A DNA stretch of 63,921 bases, counting the filler, from Octopus bimaculoides (taxonomy: Eukaryota), in assembly GCF_001194135.2 (NCBI RefSeq). It is 5 parts of 5 records of this genome, joined end to end, with 100 filler letters (N's around TTAATTAATTAA, not from the genome) between each part and the next. Parts side by side here need not be neighbours in the genome. Positions count along the whole stretch, not along the records: positions 1 to 21,405 come from NC_068984.1; positions 21,506 to 29,368 come from NW_026423972.1; 3 more parts are not named here. One strand, written 5' to 3'. The translations under genes and the position numbers were made by a program. The first letter of the stretch is position 1, and every line of letters begins with the position of its first letter. Of the stretch, positions 14,273-25,920 are shown piece by piece. Below the pieces are notes generated by a model. The model saw only the letters and a program-made list of their open reading frames with translations, made no database searches and had not been told where the DNA came from.

Positions 14273-14560
14273 TAACGTGTAAGTGGCTGAGCACTCCACA
14301 GACACGTGTACTCTCAACGTAGTTTTCCGGGAGATTCAGCGTGACACAGTTTGTGACAAGGCTGGACCTTTGAATTACAGGCACAACAGAAACAGGAAGA
14401 AAGAGTGAGGGAAAGGGTACAGCAGCGTTCACCATCAACCCCTGCCGGAGTCTCGTGGAACTTTAGGTGTTTTCGCTCAATAAACACTCACAACGCCCGG
14501 TCTGGGAATCGATATCGCGATCCTACAACAGAACGTCCGCTGCCCTAACCACTGGGCCAT
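14273..14560 (-). mobile_element. tRNA-derived SINE, family C (partial)
   Basis: Homologous to 28294-28677, with head ATGGCCCAGTGGTTAGGGCAGCGGAC on the minus strand. Confidence 0.8.
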
Positions 14561-15165
14561 ATATATATATATANNNNNNNNNNNNNNNNNNNNNNNNNNN
14601 NNNNNNNNNNNNNNNNNNNNNNNNNNNNNNNNNNNNNNNNNNNNNNNNNNNNNNNNNNNNNNNNNNNNNNNNNNNNNNNNNNNNNNNNNNNNNNNNNNNN
14701 NNNNNNNNNNNNNNNNNNNNNNNNNNNNNNNNNNNNNNNNNNNNNNNNNNNNNNNNNNNNNNNNNNNNNNNNNNNNNNNNNNNNNNNNNNNNNNNNNNNN
14801 NNNNNNNNNNNNNNNNNNNNNNNNNNNNNNNNNNNNNNNNNNNNNNNNNNNNNNNNNNNNNNNNNATACATACAAACATACAGCAAGATTTTCCGTCTTA
14901 GCCACCGTTGTGTTTCAGTTATATTTCTAAGTATTATCCTATTAAAATACCCAGGTGGCAGAATTGGTAATCATCAGGCTAATTATAATACGAAGAAACC
15001 AATATATTATCGATCTTAAACATTAATCTACTTTCGTATTCATCGACCTCGAAGCTAAAAAGCTCTAAAATCATGTAATCTCGTAATGCTGGCCATTTCT
15101 AGTAATGCAAAACCTCGTTTGCTTAAGTTCATTTTAAATACCATTTCTACGACTAACTTCAGTGA

Positions 15166-15201
15166 TCATCTCTCTCTCTCTCTCTCTCTCCCTCCACACC
15201 T

Positions 15202-15232
<31 letters not shown>

Positions 15233-15485
15233 CCTCCACACCTNNNNNNNNNNNNNNNNNNNNNNNNNNNNNNNNNNNNNNNNNNNNNNNNNNNNNNNNN
15301 NNNNNNNNNNNNNNNNNNNNNNNNNNNNNNNNNNNNNNNNNNNNNNNNNNNNNNNNNNNNNNNNNACACCTTTCTCTCTCTCTCCCTCCACACCTCTCTC
15401 TCTCTCTCTCTCTCCCTCCACACCTTTCTCTTTCTCTCTCTCTCTCTCTCCCTCCACACCTTTCTCTCTCTCTTTCTCTCTCTCC
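15166..15485. repeat. CT-rich compound minisatellite, (CT)n-CCCTCCACACCTT units, spanning a gap
   Basis: CCCTCCACACCT recurs at least five times between CT runs. Confidence 0.85.
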
Positions 15486-16469
15486 CTCGTTAAACGGTTT
15501 ATCAGACAGGAAAGTCATAAAAGATTTGTTGAGCTTTCAAGTCTTCATATTCAGCGTTAATGGACTTCATACAATCATTATCTCTCTCTATTTAAAAAAA
15601 ATTTAAACTTAGGACTTGTAGAATCACCAGCTAGTGTCCCTAAAAAATATTGAATATATGTTTGTTGAATACAGTGCTTAAGATTTTCACCAAGATATTA
15701 TTAAAGAGACTGTCTCTTGTCATCAGTTTGATTGGAGAAGCCTAAATGCATGCAATCCTCAGTAGATTTATCTAGGCAAACCCCACCTCATTAGATACAT
15801 CGACTTTGACGGAGCCTGATCAATTTAGATCAATCGGAAATTTAGTAGCTGTCTTGAAAGGGGTCAGTTTCAGACTTGTTTTCAAAAGCTGGATCACAGC
15901 AATGCACAGGAGTGTGTTTCCTCTAGGGTAAAATTGAGGGACCACTTCTTGAAACACTTTCATATCGGGTGCTTACTCTGTCAAGACTGTCTGCTCTTGT
16001 ATCTTCTGTACGAATTAGCCTTTGCGGAAGCAAGAACTCTCAGTGTTCATTCCTTTTGCGGTGGGGGATGCTGGGAAGTTGTATCGGAGTATCTTAGTAA
16101 TGGTGTCGGAGGGACAAATCAGTGGATTCGCAGCTCGGCATATGGAGAAGTAAGTCTGTTCCATTGAACCGAGTGGTAGGTCACAGAATAAATAGATTGA
16201 TTGCGGGAGGACAACAGAGAGAAAACACATGCCTTAAATGTCAGTGTGACCTTAGTTTTTGTGAGGTTTCCACTAAAAGCCCTCGGAAGTCTCACTCTTT
16301 TAAGTAATTTTTCCTTTTCGAAATTTATCTTCACCCTTCTTCTTCGTTTTATTCGCTCCTTCAAGGACTCGCACATTGTGTCACCCTGTACCTTCCTCAA
16401 TGTTCTTCTTGAGAAGAACATTTGATGGTTCATAAAAAACGCTCTATTGTTATTAGTAATATTACTTAC

Positions 16470-16655
16470 AGCGAACCAGCAGAAACATTCGCACATCGTA
16501 CAAAATGCTTAGCGGTAGTTCGAATGTCTTTACTTTCTAAGTTCAAATCCTGCCGAGGGCGAGTTTGCCTTTCATCCTTTCGGGGTCGATAAAATAATTA
16601 TCGGTTGAGTACTTACATCGACTTGTGCTGACCCACCAAATTTTGGGCGCTTGTT
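16470..16655 (+). mobile_element. SINE family B, degraded
   Basis: Shares AAAATGCTTAGCGGT...AGTTCAAAT...TTTGCCTTTCATCCTTTCGGGGTCGATAAAATAA with 20479-20716. Confidence 0.75.
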
Positions 16656-17222
16656 GCTATACTACTACTACTACTACTACTACAATTACTACTGCTGTTG
16701 TTGCTTCAAAGTAACCGAGGATATCTGTTATAGCGCATAACTGTCTTTTCAAAAACTAACAACGAAAATAAAAGGAAACAAATAAATACATAAATGTATA
16801 TATATAACAAAAACAACTTTAAAATACCTAGTCACACACAGACACACAGACAGACGCACATATAAACATACCTACCATAACGAAAAGACAAAAAACAAAA
16901 AAACAAGCCACATAGATACTCCTCCCTCTCTCAACCCACCCCAACGTTGTTGTTGTTGTTGTTGTTACTGCAGTCGTTACTTCTGCTGCACTATCGCCTA
17001 TATCCTCGCGCACCTGTTTCTATTCTGTTAAAATGTTGTTTTATTGGCGCGATAGTAGCGCCCCAGCCCCGTCACCCACCACTTCAACACGAAAGACACC
17101 CTTCAATGTTATCATTTTGGTAAAAAAACAAAACAAAAACAAACAAAAAAACATTCGCTTTATTCAGCTGACAACGAAAGCCATTCCAGTTTTCTCCTTT
17201 CCACTCATATCAAACTCATCGA

Positions 17223-17273
<51 letters not shown>

Positions 17274-17284
17274 CATTATTGTTG

Positions 17285-17350
<66 letters not shown>

Positions 17351-18086
17351 NNNNNNNNNNNNNNNNNNNNNNNNNNNNNNNNNNNNNNNNNNNNNNNNNN
17401 NNNNNNNNNNNNNNNNNNNNNNNNNNNNNNNNNNNNNNNNNNNNNNNNNNNNNNNNNNNNNNNNNNNNNNNNNNNNNNNNNNNNNNNNNNNNNNNNNNNN
17501 NNNNNNNNNNNNNNNNNNNNNNNNNNNNNNNNNNNNNNNNNNNNNNNNNNNNNNNNNNNNNNNNNNNNNNNNNNNNNNNNNNNNNNNNNNNNNNNNNNNN
17601 NNNNNNNNNNNNNNNNNNNNNNNNNNNNNNNNNNNNNNNNNNNNNNNNNNNNNNNNNNNNNNNNNNNNNNNNNNNNNNNNNNNNNNNNNNNNNNNNNNNN
17701 NNNNNNNNNNNNNNNNNNNNNNNNNNNNNNNNNNNNNNNNNNNNNNNNNNNNNNNNNNNNNNNNNNNNNNNNNNNNNNNNNNNNNNNNNNNNNNNNNNNN
17801 NNNNNNNNNNNNNNNNNNNNNNNNNNNNNNNNNNNNNNNNNNNNNNNNNNNNNNNNNNNNNNNNNNNNNNNNNNNNNNNNNNNNNNNNNNNNNNNNNNNN
17901 NNNNNNNNNNNNNNNNNNNNNNNNNNNNNNNNNNNNNNNNNNNNNNNNNNNNNNNNNNNNNNNNNNNNNNNNNNNNNNNNNNNNNNNNNNNNNNNNNNNN
18001 NNNNNNNNNNNNNNNNNNNNNNNNNNNNNNNNNNNNNNNNNNNNNNNNNNNNNNNNNNNNNNNNNNNNNNNNNNNNNNNNNNNNNN

Positions 18087-18117
<31 letters not shown>

Positions 18118-18622
18118 CATACACACATATATATATATACATACACACACACACATATATATAAACGTATATATATGTATATACATACATTCATACACAT
18201 ACACGCACACACTTTAACGGTGGTATTATACGAATAGACACGTAGTTCGATTCCCGTTGGTTTTTTCTATTCTCTCCTCTTCTGTGTGGGTACGTGTGCG
18301 CGCTGACATTTGTGTGTTATTTCATCGAATGACTTGGTTTCAAACCTCTCTACACCTGAAAGGAACGAAAACGAATTTGTGAACATTCATCTTGTTTTGG
18401 GATGGAAAATAAGTTGAGATACCTGGAAGTGAATGTATATTTCTGTATGCGTGTGTGTGTATGTATGTGAATATGTACGTATATATGTATGCAGGAACAT
18501 GTATATTTATTTAAATGCACATATACTGTATAAACACATAAATGCATATAGATTAATATATATGTATACTTATATCTTTCTGTATATATGTGTGTACATA
18601 TATCTGTATACATTATATATAC

Positions 18623-18653
<31 letters not shown>

Positions 18654-19432
18654 TGTATGTATGTATGTATGTATGTATGTGTGTATGTATGTATGTATGT
18701 ATGTATGTATGTGTGTGTATGTGAATGCCTCTCTGTACTTTTATGAACGGGATTTTTTGTATAGAAGAAATGTACCATAGAAATTCAGTTTTTGTGTAGA
18801 AGACAGTTTTATTCTTGAAGGATAAAAGAGACTTTTTGTCTTCCAGTCTTTTAGGGAGAAAAGGGTAGATTGGAAGATGAAAATTGATGAGTGAATGGGT
18901 GAAAGCAGAAGGGAGTAATATGAAATGAATTGAAGATAGAGCGGGGGGTATTATGCTTATGTATGTGTCTACGTATGTGAGTGCGTGTGTGTATGGTGGG
19001 GAATTGTCGTTAAACTGTGAGAATAGATATATTAATAGCAAGTTGCTTTAAAGGTGTTAGTGGGTAGGGGATTCGATGGAATAAATATGATAATTAGGTT
19101 GTTAGGTAAATAGGTATTAGATCTGATTATTATGAAGCGAGGTCGCTGTTTATTAATTCTGAAAAAGACCCCCTGATTGCAGGTTCAGATATGTCAGCTT
19201 TTCAAGACGGCGCAGATAATTGCTAGTTTTGACGACTTGTAAAATATGTAATTTATTTCAACCATTCTGCGGGTTTAACGACAAAGTAGATTGATTGTTT
19301 GATGGATTGACGATGGGGAAGTCATTTCCAGCTCAATTCTTTGCGTACATACTTACAGATATACATGCATATGTGTGTGAGTATGTGTGAATGAATGCAT
19401 GTTTGTACGTATGTATGTATGTACTGTATATA

Positions 19433-19620
19433 TGGGAGAATATACGAAAAGACAACAACAGACGAGGACAGGTGGTGTAAATAACAAAAGGATGTATTAG
19501 TATGACGCTCGGGAATACAGAAAGTCTTTGACGTTTCGAGCTTCGCTCTTCAACAGAAAGAATACGGAGACAAGGAGAAAAACACGGAGAAAAAAAATTG
19601 AATAGTGTTCAGTCAACGGT
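19433..19620 (-). mobile_element. Non-autonomous Penelope-like-derived repeat carrying a hammerhead-like motif
   Basis: Minus strand reads CTTT-CTGTTGA-A-GAGC-GAA-GCTC-GAAAC-GTC-AAAG. Homologous to 8328-8396 and 8460-8690. Confidence 0.6.
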
Positions 19621-20004
19621 CAATCATAATAATGTATATATGTCACCGCTTAAAATTGGATGTTGTGCTAGAACACAAAATACTGCGATAGTTACCATGA
19701 TAAATCTTCTCATACGATTCTGTAGTTCATTGAAGCATATGTAAACAAGAGTGCTTATATGCCCCGCAAAACCGTATGAGAGATTCTCTCATTGGTGACT
19801 ATCGCAGTATTCGGTGTTCTAATGCAATATCCACATTTAAACGACGATAATGGTGATAAATATTATCTTCTGGTATTAAGCAAGTGGAGCAATGTCGCAG
19901 CTTCAACACCTCTGGTCGTCTGACATCAACCCAACAACGAAGAAAAAGATGCGCAAAACTCGGTGTCTTCCGGTTTTTACATATGGAATACGTGTGTGTG
20001 TGTG

Positions 20005-20238
20005 TATCTTTTATCTTTCGCTTGTTTCATTCATTTGACTGCGGCCATGCTATGGGTACCACCTTGAAAGGTTTTAGTCGAACAAATCGACCCCAAGACT
20101 TAATTTTTAAAGCCTGGTACTTATTCTATCCGTCCCTTTTGTCGAACCCTTAAGTTACGGAGACTTAAGTACACCAACACCGGCTGCCAAGCGGTGGTTC
20201 GAGACAAGCACAAATACAGAGACACACATTTAGATATA

Positions 20239-20281
<43 letters not shown>

Positions 20282-20342
20282 GACGGGCTTCTTTCAGTTT
20301 CTGTCTACTAAATCCACTCACAAGGCTTTGGCCGGCTCGAGG
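20005..20342 (-). mobile_element. SINE family A lacking the tRNA head
   Basis: Body and tail homologous to 4836-5235. Confidence 0.8.
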
Positions 20343-20478
20343 TTAATTATCCACCCAAAATACTGACGAAACCAGCTTCAGGATGATTTGAACCCAAGAT
20401 ATACAAGTCGGTAGTCACTACGTTATCTTTTAGGCCATTTCGCCTCTCATGCCTGTTGGTAGTATTAATTAGATCCTA

Positions 20479-20716
20479 TAAGGCGGTGAGCTGGCAAAAT
20501 CGTTGATATGCCGGACGAAATGCCGCTAAGCATTTCGCCCGGCATACCAACCATTTCGTCCGTCCTTACGTTCTGAGTTCAAATTTCGCCGGGATCGACT
20601 TTGCCTTTCATCCTTTCGGGGTCGATAAAATAAGTACCAGTTGAGTACTGAGGTCGATGTAATCAGCTCAACTTCCCGAAATTGCTGGCCCTGTGCCAAA
20701 AGTTGAAGCCAATATT
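20479..20716 (+). mobile_element. tRNA-derived SINE, family B, full length
   Basis: AGGCGGTGAGCTGGCAAAATCGTT...GAGTTCAAAT (B-box-like)...GCCAAAAGTTGAAGCCAATATTA; at least eight homologs in the window. Confidence 0.8.
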
Positions 20717-20727
20717 AATTAGATGCC

Positions 20728-21093
20728 CAATCCTTAGAACTCCTAATTGGTCGATTAACTTCTATATGTTATCGTTAATCAGTCTGCAGGAGAACTCCGT
20801 CATTATTACTTCAGTTGATATCAGAAGAGAAGGGAGTCAATAGGTAACGAGTTAACCAGGGAAACATAATGAAGGGCTGGAAACCTGGATGGATTTAATG
20901 AGACAATCAGGAGCTCAGTTAATAAATTGGAGAATAATAGGACGGAATGAAATGAAGGAAGAATTTAATTATTGCTTAAATGAGTTAATGTGTATCGGAA
21001 GAGTAATTATTAATGAAATTAAATGGACAGGAATGTAGAGTAATTAAGGATACAGGGACAAGTTAACTAACCAATTAGGGGCTCTAAGAATTG
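20728..21093. mobile_element. MITE-like element with imperfect terminal inverted repeats
   Basis: CAATCCTTAGAACTCCTAATTGGTCGATTAACTT (20728-20761) versus the reverse complement of 21060-21093 (CAATTCTTAGAGCCCCTAATTGGTTAGTTAACTT): 28 of 34 identical. Confidence 0.6.
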
Positions 21094-21359
21094 TAGTTTT
21101 AACCAGTATCGCCAAAATACGTATGAGAGAAGAAATGGTCAAAGAGACTACCACCTCATAGGTCTTGGGTTCAAAGTCACTTAAAGTGATGTCTTCTGTA
21201 TTTTGGTAAAATATTTAAATCTTTGTTAATGATTTCATCGAATCAATATTGACTGGATAGATCCATCCCATCGTGGGGTATACATTGCCCCTTTGTTGAC
21301 TTCAGAATACGAGGAGGCTCGGTTCACTAGAGATCTCTGTCTCTGTCTGTCTCTCTTCC

Positions 21360-21405
<46 letters not shown>

Positions 21406-21505
21406 NNNNNNNNNNNNNNNNNNNNNNNNNNNNNNNNNNNNNNNNNNNNTTAATTAATTAANNNNNNNNNNNNNNNNNNNNNNNNNNNNNNNNNNNNNNN
21501 NNNNN
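21406..21505. other. Assembly gap placeholder N44-TTAATTAATTAA-N44 (also at 29369-29468, 45644-45743, 55924-56023)
   Basis: Four identical 100-bp constructs. The 12-mer is palindromic and puts TAA in all six frames. Confidence 0.95.
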
Positions 21506-23538
21506 TACATATGTACATATATATATATATATGTGTGTGTGTATGTATGTATGTGTAAGTATGTAGATAATGACGTCAGACTGAGAAGGTGACGGCCTTC
21601 ATGTCACATCAGGAGGGAATCTACTGGATTCGAAACATGATGTCTGTTGCCTCATACATTCTTACCACTAATAAGTTCAAAGTGTACTTGCGCAATTAAA
21701 TGCACGCATCTCTCAATTAGCTCTCTCTATCTCTCCCCCTCTCTCTCACTTCATTTCCATCCATCTTCCTATCTGTGTCATTTCAAAACAGAAAAGAGAT
21801 TTATTTATCCTTATGACTTTCTTATGATTACGGCTGCTTCACACACATACACTCACACACTGACACACACACACACACATGCACGCACACGCATGCACAC
21901 ACACATTTATATACATATATACATATATGTATGTATACATTTATGTATGTGTGTGTGCATATGTGTGTGTGTATTTGTTGTGGCTGAGACAAAAATCCTT
22001 CATGCTTTCCCTGCACGAGCTCCGAATGGCAGTTAAGGGCAATCGTCAGAGTAACTGGTCTTGTTTTTTCTTTCATATTCTTCTTTTCTCTTTCGAATTA
22101 TTAGCGCACTTTTTTCGGTCATATTGACAAAACCCCCCAATGCTGTTATGACACTGCGTCGAATAGAATTGTGAAACTCATAATTTTAATATTATTATAT
22201 AAATTACACTGACGCCCGTCATTGCACTTATTGAAGACGCTCTTCCTTGTTAGAGACTCTATAACAATCTGTTTCATATATATGAGTATATGTGTGTGCA
22301 TGCGTGTGTGTGAGAGAGAGAGAGAGAGAGAAAGAGGAAGAGAGAAAGAGAGAGTACATACAAGACCTTACACACACACAGACGTAGATATATATGGTGG
22401 CAGTCGATTCGCTGTCAAGTATGACCGCCCTTTATTTTTCACGCTAATGTTACAAATGGTTTGCTCTGCTTGCTTGGGGCTCCCGTGATGAAGAGGACAA
22501 ACATCATCACAGAAGAACGAAAACCACTACTACCACAGCCGGCGCCACCACCACTTTGACACCGGCGTCACTTCAGCGAAAGACGCAGCTGCACAGGCGA
22601 CAAGAATACGTATATAGACAGATAGATAGATAGATAGATTATACATATACTCACATGTAATTTTATATTTTCTTCATATTTTATTCTCTATTTTTTGTGC
22701 TCCATGTAAATATATTTATATGAAACCTAACAGTATTTATCTTCCTTACTACATCCATATCAGCTCAATTCAGATTTCTCTTATAGCCTTTCTTGACGGC
22801 ACAGGTCATGCCGTGGACGAAGAATCGAAGTTTAACTTCAAATCCTTTTGAACATTACTTTGTATTTTCTGTAATGAACATACCAACTCTCACCTATTGT
22901 CTGTACGTATATATATATATATATATATATATAATAAAAGGAAAATGGGTAGTTTACATAGTTTTAATATATTTTATAAGTGAAAGAGTATTGTGTGTAT
23001 CGACCGGTTTCTCTTTCGCTAATCATGACATTGAAATTATTGTAATTTCGTATTTTCGTAAGTACCATGCTTTAAAGAAATAAAGTACCGGGGCCAATTC
23101 GTTCGATTAAACTTCTTCAAGGCGGTGCCAAAACATGGCTGTAGTTTAAATATTAAAACAAAAAAAAAAAAACAGATAAATAAAGATACAAGCATTCAAT
23201 TTTTTTATCATTTTTCTTATCGTGCCTACACCTTTCTTTCAAACAATAGATGTGGTGCATGAGAGAAACACATGGCAACTATCATGCACAACTGATGTAA
23301 TCAGCAAAGCATCAGAGAAACAAAAGGACCGATGCAAGGAAACCAGCAAATCCTATTTAGTCTACAAGCAGAAATCACGAAAATTCAATCCGCCATGTTA
23401 CTTTTAACATCCCTCTTTGTGCATTATCTGCCGATGTTTAACAAAGTAGACAACAGATGAACGACTAAATCTAAATATATTTATTTATGATAGATAAAGC
23501 TGAAGTCCTGTATCCACTCACTCAGGAAATAGTGTGTG

Positions 23539-23578
<40 letters not shown>

Positions 23579-23588
23579 NNNNNNNNNN

Positions 23589-23623
<35 letters not shown>

Positions 23624-23899
23624 CATATACATATATGTGTGTATATATATATATAAAAATAAACATACATATATATATATAAACATACATATATATGTAT
23701 ATATGATGTGTGTGCATGTTAGACAGAACAGAATAGCTTTGAGCATAAAAATGAACATCTTTCTCGCGGCTGTAATTACATCAGTCATGTTTCCGTGTGT
23801 TGTATACAAAACCGGGATTTCAAGGTGGATCTGATAACAATACAAGTTTACTCTGTTTGTCTCAGTCATTCGTTTCTTTTGTGCATTAAATGAATATTT

Positions 23900-24530
23900 A
23901 CATCAATCGTTGCAAATACAACAATGTACATATAGCAGGTGTTGCACGCGATCTCTGCATGGAGCTCCGTCATGCTGAAAACTTCACCTTCATTCAAGTC
24001 TGGTATCAAATTCTCCTCCAGCAACTGGATGTATTTGGCACTACTGAAGTTACCATCAATTTTAACCAACTTTCTTGAACCATCACTTTTTATGTATCCT
24101 CAAAGCATCAAACTTTCACCCTGCAAACTTCACTATTTTCGTCGTGTAACGTGAGTCGTTTCGCTTTCTAATAAGCGAGAATTTGTAAGAAGGCCTCCAG
24201 GAAAGCAAAACGATCCAAGTTACTTCTCGAAATGAACATTATGCAATAAATTTTCATTATAGACATTTTTCTGTTTTAAAACACTGTATCTTCATTGGTT
24301 TATGTGAGGTGGCCGAAAACTTTTGCACGGCCATTTTTGGTGGTCGCTTCGCATATCTTCCTCTCATTCAGAACCCTTACTACAAAATATAATGATTAGG
24401 TATGGAAATGACTAACAGGGGCCAGTGTTTCATCTGTGAAAAACGCAACGCGAAACATCCACTTGAAAGTTAGCAATTTATGAAATTTACAATAGTTTAA
24501 AGTGGCCGAAGACTTCTGCACGGTACTGTA
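23900..24530 (-). mobile_element. Tc1-like DNA transposon remnant: 5' terminus plus internally deleted transposase
   Basis: Minus frame SLML*GYIKSDGSRKLVKIDGNFSSAKYIQLLEENLIPDLNEGEV, then after a frameshift FQHDGAPC (second catalytic D motif). Terminus TA|CAGTACCGTGCAGAAGTCTTCGGCCAC at 24530-24502. Confidence 0.8.
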
Positions 24531-24568
24531 TATGTACATATATATTTGTCACCGCCGCTGCTGCTGCT

Positions 24569-24768
24569 GTCGTTGTTAATCGTGTTGTTGACATGGTTGT
24601 GGCCGTCCGTGAAATTTCTTGCGTGTGTTTATGTGTGTGTGTGTGGATTCGCTTCAAAGGGCATGGATACATACAACATACGAAACGAAGCCATACATAC
24701 GCATAAACACGCACACAAGAAATTTCATGGACGGCCACGGCAATGTCAACAACACGATTAACAACGAC
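24569..24768 (+). repeat. Fold-back inverted repeat with ~83-bp arms and a 34-nt loop
   Basis: 24569-24651 pairs with 24686-24768; the outer 26 bp are perfect. Confidence 0.9.
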
Positions 24769-25062
24769 ATATATATTACATTCATAAACACATACAGACC
24801 CACAAGGTCAAACATACTTACGCGCACACACATACACAAATACCCAAACTCGTGTTTCCATTCGAAACTTTCTGAATATGGCGAGCGATGGCGTCAATTG
24901 GTGCTCTTAATATCAAACTGATATAAATATATTTTAGCGTGAAATTTTAAACAATCAACTTTGTGTCAACACATTACTTATAGTGTGTGTGTGTATGTGC
25001 ACGAGTGATATATATATACACATATATATATACCAACTATATATGTATGTACAATATTTATA

Positions 25063-25098
<36 letters not shown>

Positions 25099-25102
<4 letters not shown>

Positions 25103-25228
25103 TTAAGGAAAAAGTTCGTGCGCCGTGTTAAAATAATGCTGTTTTATATATTTTTGTGGTATGTTCATTCAGTTCATGTCATGTTCAATAGTGACTCACG
25201 GCGGCGCACGAACTTTTTCCTAAACTTA
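25099..25228. mobile_element. 130-bp mariner-type MITE inside a (TA)n tract
   Basis: TIRs TAAGTTAAGGAAAAAGTTCGTGCGCCG and the reverse complement TAAGTTTAGGAAAAAGTTCGTGCGCCG (26 of 27 identical), with TA-repeat flanks. Confidence 0.75.
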
Positions 25229-25624
25229 GTATATATATATAAAGTTAATAAAAGAAAATGGAGAAGAAAAAACTATAGTGGATGCTTAGTTAAATTTATT
25301 TGTATCACAGTGAAAAATTAATACGTATAAGAATCAGTATATAAAGAGACCGGATCAAGAAAAGAAATAATCAAAAAATAACCCCAAAACATCCTACGTA
25401 TGTTTCAACCCGGCCTTAGGTTTGAATTATCAGCATTCAAGTTATTTTAGCTGTAAAAAGACCATTTTTAGTTAGATATTTTCAGAGATAGCCGTGTACT
25501 TTCAGGTGTTGAACCATGAAATAAAGTTAACACCTAGTTTTAATATTAATTATAAGGATGATAATCCTGTCTTAACACCTAATTCTTAGAGGAGGACTAG
25601 TAGGAATTCTTTTAACCATGAGTA

Positions 25625-25920
25625 CCAAATACAAGTGAATAAATGCCTGTGTAATTGTAAAAACAAAATTGTGTGTCCTTTAGAAAATCAGTGCATAAAG
25701 GAAAATATAGTCTATCAATGTAAGGTAATGACAGAGGATCTTAAGTATTATTACATAGGTTCATCTGCTATAATTTGGAAATCTAGATTTCATGCTCATT
25801 TTCATTCATATAAGTATAGAAGATAGAAACATAAAGTATGATTTAAAGTCGTTCGTTATTAGTTATCACCTTCGTACAATATTGAGAATTCTACACGTGA
25901 TCTTTGCCTTGAACAAATGT
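25625..25920 (+). mobile_element. Penelope-like element GIY-YIG endonuclease remnant
   Basis: CNCKNKIVCPLENQCIKENIVYQCKV...YYYIGSSAIIWKSRFHAH: Cys-rich leader plus IVY...YIG...R..H motif typical of Neptune-type PLE endonuclease. Confidence 0.75.

Noticed and set aside
15600-16430. GC-richer region with several 60-125-aa ORFs, possibly a LINE remnant
   Set aside because: No RT, endonuclease or zinc-knuckle motif could be identified.
21571-21578. Perfect CRE palindrome TGACGTCA
   Set aside because: A single 8-mer is expected by chance in 64 kb, and there is no promoter context.
25390-25440. Minus-strand CTGATAA...GAAACATACGTA hammerhead-like string
   Set aside because: Core G8 is missing and helix I does not pair.
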